DNA of 9,667 nucleotides from a virus (Duplodnaviria; Heunggongvirae; Uroviricota; Caudoviricetes): IMG/VR virus record IMGVR_UViG_2585427756_000015; one strand, 5' to 3'. Shown piece by piece: positions 6,539 to 9,667 of this stretch (position 1 is its first letter; each line of letters starts with the position of its first letter). The notes under the pieces were generated by a model. It saw only the letters and a program-made list of their open reading frames with translations, ran no database searches and was not told where the DNA came from. The position numbers and the translations under genes were made by a program.

Positions 6539-6606
6539 ACATTAAAATTAAGTTTTTCTTTACTCTGTAGTATGGGAAATTAGCATTCCCTACTGGGTTT
6601 ATACAA

Positions 6607-7350
6607 CTAATCTGACGTCACACGCACCATTATACTTACTAAAGAAAAGTCATCATCAGGTCCGGCTCTCTCTATACGACGCAAAATACCATTAGAAAAC
6701 TTCTGACTATTACTCATAGTATTTGATGTAAATCTGGGGCGTTTTTCCCAAACGTTATGAACTCCATCAGACATGATACACAGATGATACAACCCGTTAA
6801 TACCAGGCAAATCTTTCCACGGGATAAAATCACAGTCGTATTCCATATCAACATTTGAGGCTATGGCAGTCGTTAAGATATTTTTTCCCGGTTTATTCTT
6901 CAAATCTCTGGGTTTAAAAATATTCTGATCAATTAACATCTGATGTCTGGTATCGTCCTTCGTCAATTGATATGCTTTCTTTTCTCCAATGCAATACAAG
7001 CGACAATCACCAATATGACCAATAATAATTCCGCTATCACAAACATAACAAAAGGTAAGTGTAGTAGCAGCTTTATCGAACTCATCATTAACTTCAGCTA
7101 ACGACATAACTTTTCGCTTAACTTCAGCAAATACATTCGGAACTGCATCAAAAGATAAACTTGTCAATGCTGAAAGTTCAGCGATTGCCATGGATGAAGC
7201 ATAACTGGCACCAGAGTATGAACCTACACCATCAGCTACGGCAAATAAGATGCCGTCTCCTACAATTTTTGGAGGAAGCAATGAATCTTCGTTGACCCTA
7301 CCTGGTTCTTTTGGATACGAGAATGATGAAGTCGCTATCAGCTGAATCAT
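6607..7350 (-). CDS. PP2C-family (PPM) Ser/Thr protein phosphatase, 247 aa
   Basis: PPM metal-binding motifs visible: NEDS, AVADGVGS, HIGDCRLY, MSDGVHN, DDDFSLV. Excellent RBS AAGGAG 8 nt before ATG 7350, which overlaps the kinase stop (ATGA). Confidence 0.8.
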   Translation of the reverse strand: MIQLIATSSFSYPKEPGRVNEDSLLPPKIVGDGILFAVADGVGSYSGASYASSMAIAELSALTSLSFDAVPNVFAEVKRKVMSLAEVNDEFDKAATTLTFCYVCDSGIIIGHIGDCRLYCIGEKKAYQLTKDDTRHQMLIDQNIFKPRDLKNKPGKNILTTAIASNVDMEYDCDFIPWKDLPGINGLYHLCIMSDGVHNVWEKRPRFTSNTMSNSQKFSNGILRRIERAGPDDDFSLVSIMVRVTSD

Positions 7351-8111
7351 GACTCACTCCTTAAAAAAGAATGCGCAAAATCAAACGCCACATCATCTAT
7401 TGTCTGATATCTATCATCTTTATCCATCCTTGTGCACTTAGCTATGATAGGCTTTATTTTTTTATCATCTAAATTTAAGTCTTCAATTAACCGTCCCACA
7501 GCATAAACATCAGTCTTAACTGAATACTCTGCATTATATAAAATCTCGGGAGCCATATATCTTGTACTTCCCATACGGGTACCGATCTCGGTCAATTTAG
7601 TGGTATCCCCTTCGGGATTCGTATCTTTTACCAGACCAAAATCAGACACCTTGTATGTTCCGTCGCTAAATCGCAAAACATTAAAGGGTTTTATATCTCT
7701 GTGTAAATAGCCTTTGGCATGGATGTAAGCTACACCATCTAATACCATTTTCACTATTGAAATTTTTTGATCTGTTGTAAGAAGGTTGTTCGTTATTTCG
7801 TGCTCAAGATCACATTCTGCTTTATCCATAATGAACCATGGATTCTCAACAAACAAATCGCACAAATAAATAGGAACAATATTGCTATGTACGCAATGTG
7901 ATTGATACACAACCTCCCTTTTAAAACGCCTTCTAAACTGCTCTATTTGCGCCAAAAGCTCTGGTTTTTCGGGTGCTAAAACCTTTCTAGCATAATCCCC
8001 GCATTCACCTTTATTGAGGTTGTAAACCTTAACGTGTTCAACAAAGCCAAATGCCCCTCTTCCAATCAACTGAATTCGTTTTATAAAGTAATTACCGTGC
8101 TGTTCTTCCAT
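7347..8111 (-). CDS. Hanks-type (eukaryotic-like) Ser/Thr protein kinase, compact catalytic domain only, 254 aa from ATG 8111
   Basis: Gly-rich loop IGRGAFGFV, VAIK-like Lys (YARKVL), catalytic loop HRDIKPFNV, DFG (VSDFGLV), APE (RYMAPE), subdomain IX DVYAVG. The ORF-track start at 8186 is a TTG extension; the first ATG at 8111 has a GGTGAG SD. Confidence 0.85.
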   Translation of the reverse strand: MEEQHGNYFIKRIQLIGRGAFGFVEHVKVYNLNKGECGDYARKVLAPEKPELLAQIEQFRRRFKREVVYQSHCVHSNIVPIYLCDLFVENPWFIMDKAECDLEHEITNNLLTTDQKISIVKMVLDGVAYIHAKGYLHRDIKPFNVLRFSDGTYKVSDFGLVKDTNPEGDTTKLTEIGTRMGSTRYMAPEILYNAEYSVKTDVYAVGRLIEDLNLDDKKIKPIIAKCTRMDKDDRYQTIDDVAFDFAHSFLRSES

Positions 8112-8182
8112 TAAGCTCACCGACCTAAATTGTAACAATATCCATATATTACAACTACAGATAAAAAGGTCCACAGAGTTAA

Positions 8183-8211
8183 GCAAAAAACCCGCACATT
8201 TGAGCGGGTTT
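8183..8211 (-). terminator. tR'-like intrinsic terminator immediately downstream of the PR'-like promoter
   Basis: Minus strand reads AAACCCGC-UCAAAUGU-GCGGGUUUUUUGCUU, a GC-rich stem with a U-tract, about 50 nt downstream of the predicted late-promoter start site. Confidence 0.6.
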
Positions 8212-8245
8212 ATACACTTTACAGCAATATATCACATTTACATAA

Positions 8246-8274
8246 AATATATGCTATCTAATTGACTTTTGCAA
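8246..8274 (-). promoter_or_regulatory. PR'-like late promoter (sigma-70 type) overlapping the 3' end of the Q-like gene
   Basis: Minus strand reads TTGCAA (-35, 8269-8274) - 17 bp - TATATT (-10, 8246-8251). Positioned exactly where lambdoid PR'/qut lies relative to Q and tR'. Confidence 0.5.
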
Positions 8275-8947
8275 TATCTCGCTGCAAAAATGCCGCTTTT
8301 TGTTGAGATCTCCTTTTCACAGTGCAAATCAGAGATTCGGTATCGAGGTTCATAAAAATGTCGAGTATTTCACGCCAGTAGCTCACATAATTGTGGCTCC
8401 AGTTGTCAGGCTTAATCCCACACAGACGGGCAAGCTCCTGTTGCTGGTAGATATCATGTCCTATAACCCATCTCCTGACATCCTGTGCAGCCAGCCAGAT
8501 TAATTTTTTCAGGCGTTCCTGTGTCTTCCCTGCAATTTTCCTGGTACCAGAGTGAGTCTTAAATTCTGTCCATGCCCACTGCGTTATCGCGATCTGATAC
8601 TCCCAGCAAGTATTTCCGCTGTAACACCACAACAACCAGGCTTTATGATGTTCTTCAAGAGACAAAACAGCCCGCCGCCATGATGATGTAGAAAAAGCAA
8701 CCTGACTGACCAGAGGAATTGACGTCCCCTTCGCCAGCGATTGTTTTCCCGGGATTGGTGGATTATCCCGCGTTATCATTTTTCCGGTCACTTCATCGCG
8801 GTACCGGATTTTTTTACGCCTGTAACGCCCTGTATCGAACATGGCATTCTCCTGCCAGGCTTCAAGCTGACCTTTTGTTGCCCCACTCAAATCAGCGGTG
8901 GCGATAATGAGCTGCTCACGCACAAACTGTAAATACTGGTTATTCAT
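8258..8947 (-). CDS. Q: Putative late antiterminator Q (QuuQ/phage-82-like size class), 229 aa
   Basis: Assigned mainly by synteny: immediately downstream of rusA (ATGA start/stop overlap at 8944-8947) and immediately upstream of a PR'-like promoter plus short-RNA terminator. No lambda-type Zn finger seen, so the family is uncertain. Confidence 0.5.
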   Translation of the reverse strand: MNNQYLQFVREQLIIATADLSGATKGQLEAWQENAMFDTGRYRRKKIRYRDEVTGKMITRDNPPIPGKQSLAKGTSIPLVSQVAFSTSSWRRAVLSLEEHHKAWLLWCYSGNTCWEYQIAITQWAWTEFKTHSGTRKIAGKTQERLKKLIWLAAQDVRRWVIGHDIYQQQELARLCGIKPDNWSHNYVSYWREILDIFMNLDTESLICTVKRRSQQKAAFLQRDIAKVN

Positions 8948-9303
8948 GCGCACTCCAGTTCTGTGATTTTTATCCCCAGCCGCCCACCAGGAACGAGCTG
9001 ACCGCGCACAATATTGATTTCATCAAACTGCTCGTCGTCTATAAGTAGTCCGGCATGCGTCAGCGCATCCAGTGGTGCCTTCAGGATATTGTCCAGGTCG
9101 CGGCGGCGCTTATCCGGTGGCTCTGCAATCACCTTTATCGCCAGCCTTCCGGACAGGCTTAATTTCAGCCGCTGCTGGCGAACAATAAGCGCCACAGCCC
9201 GGCGATAACGCTTTCCCTCCTCCGAGATAAAATATGTGCTGCCACGGCGTCGCCAGTAAGTGTTCACCGTCGGCGGGTAAGGTAAAACCAAATCTATGAG
9301 CAT
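8944..9303 (-). CDS. rusA: RusA Holliday-junction resolvase (crossover junction endodeoxyribonuclease), 119 aa
   Basis: LPYPPTVNTYWR..., ...PDKRRRDLDNILKAPLDALTHAGLLIDDEQF..., GGRLGIKITE align block-by-block with E. coli RusA as remembered. SD AAGAGG before ATG 9303. Confidence 0.85.
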   Translation of the reverse strand: MLIDLVLPYPPTVNTYWRRRGSTYFISEEGKRYRRAVALIVRQQRLKLSLSGRLAIKVIAEPPDKRRRDLDNILKAPLDALTHAGLLIDDEQFDEINIVRGQLVPGGRLGIKITELECA

Positions 9304-9315
9304 CAGTCACCTCTT

Positions 9316-9606
9316 TTACCCAAGCACGCCAGTTGCAAAGGCGTGATCAAGAAAACGAAAAATTAAATCAACCTGAGAACCATGCTTTTCTTCGAACGCC
9401 AGAGGATCCGCATGAAGCTCGTTGTGATGCTCCCGACACAGCGGTAGCGTGAAAATATCGTGAGATTTTGTCCCCATTCCGCCCTGACCATGACCAATCA
9501 GGTGATGGGGATCGTCGGCTGGCTTACCACAACACGCACACGGCTGTGTCTTCACCCAGCGTGTGTATTTCTCGTTAACCCAGCGGCGACGTTTAGGTCG
9601 TTTCAT
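9316..9606 (-). CDS. YbcO-like (DUF1364-type) Cys/His-rich protein of the nin region; start uncertain because the frame is open to the window edge
   Basis: CACCGK...HHLIGHGQGGMGTKSHDI...LCREHHNELH resembles the YbcO family that precedes rusA in lambdoid prophages. ATG 9606 gives 96 aa. The same frame stays open through GTG 9648 to position 9667, so the gene may begin outside the window. Confidence 0.5.
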   Translation of the reverse strand: MKRPKRRRWVNEKYTRWVKTQPCACCGKPADDPHHLIGHGQGGMGTKSHDIFTLPLCREHHNELHADPLAFEEKHGSQVDLIFRFLDHAFATGVLG

Positions 9607-9667
9607 GAAAGATTCCGGAGACTCAGGATCAACGGCAATGCTGACCACCGTCTCTTCCTGTGGCGGG

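Noticed and set aside
6371-6583. 70-aa plus-strand ORF
   Set aside because: Antisense to the methyltransferase fragment and running through the PP2C-side terminator. No RBS.
8129-8160. Canonical -35/-10 promoter for the kinase
   Set aside because: Only an extended -10 (TGTTACAAT) is convincing; no acceptable -35 at 16-18 bp spacing. Mentioned in the findings as a possibility but not called as a feature.
7347-8186. 279-aa version of the kinase ORF starting at TTG 8186
   Set aside because: The extension runs across the predicted kinase promoter and has no RBS. The first ATG (8111) with a GGTGAG SD precedes the Gly-rich loop at the expected distance.
8300-9310. Plus-strand ORFs 8300-8503, 8719-8907, 8741-8932, 9014-9208 and minus-strand 9110-9310
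   Set aside because: Antisense or alternative frames inside the Q-like and rusA genes. No independent signals.

Overview
This window reads as the late-regulatory and lysis region of a lambdoid prophage from an Escherichia-type genome, with almost everything transcribed on the minus strand (right to left). Calls rest on reading the translated ORFs and the nucleotide sequence by eye against remembered family motifs; no database search was run. Order along the minus strand: YbcO-like gene (open at the window edge) -> rusA -> Q-like antiterminator -> PR'-like promoter and tR'-like terminator -> Ser/Thr kinase + PP2C phosphatase cassette -> C-terminal remnant of a DNA methyltransferase -> three tRNAs (Ile-CAU, Arg-UCG, Arg-UCU) -> two diverged copies of a ~220-bp structured repeat -> NanS-p-like sialate O-acetylesterase -> phage-21-type pinholin -> two unknown convergent genes -> SAR endolysin -> small membrane-peptide ORFs -> Rz/Rz1 spanins. 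An IS3-family (IS629-like) element occupies 1-530 and cuts the 3' end of Rz. No Shiga toxin genes are present. The best candidate for an undescribed system is the translationally coupled kinase/phosphatase pair sitting directly behind the late promoter. Secondary candidates are the unknown gene pair between holin and endolysin, the tandem structured repeats with a nearby small-RNA-like unit, and the small membrane peptides between R and Rz.
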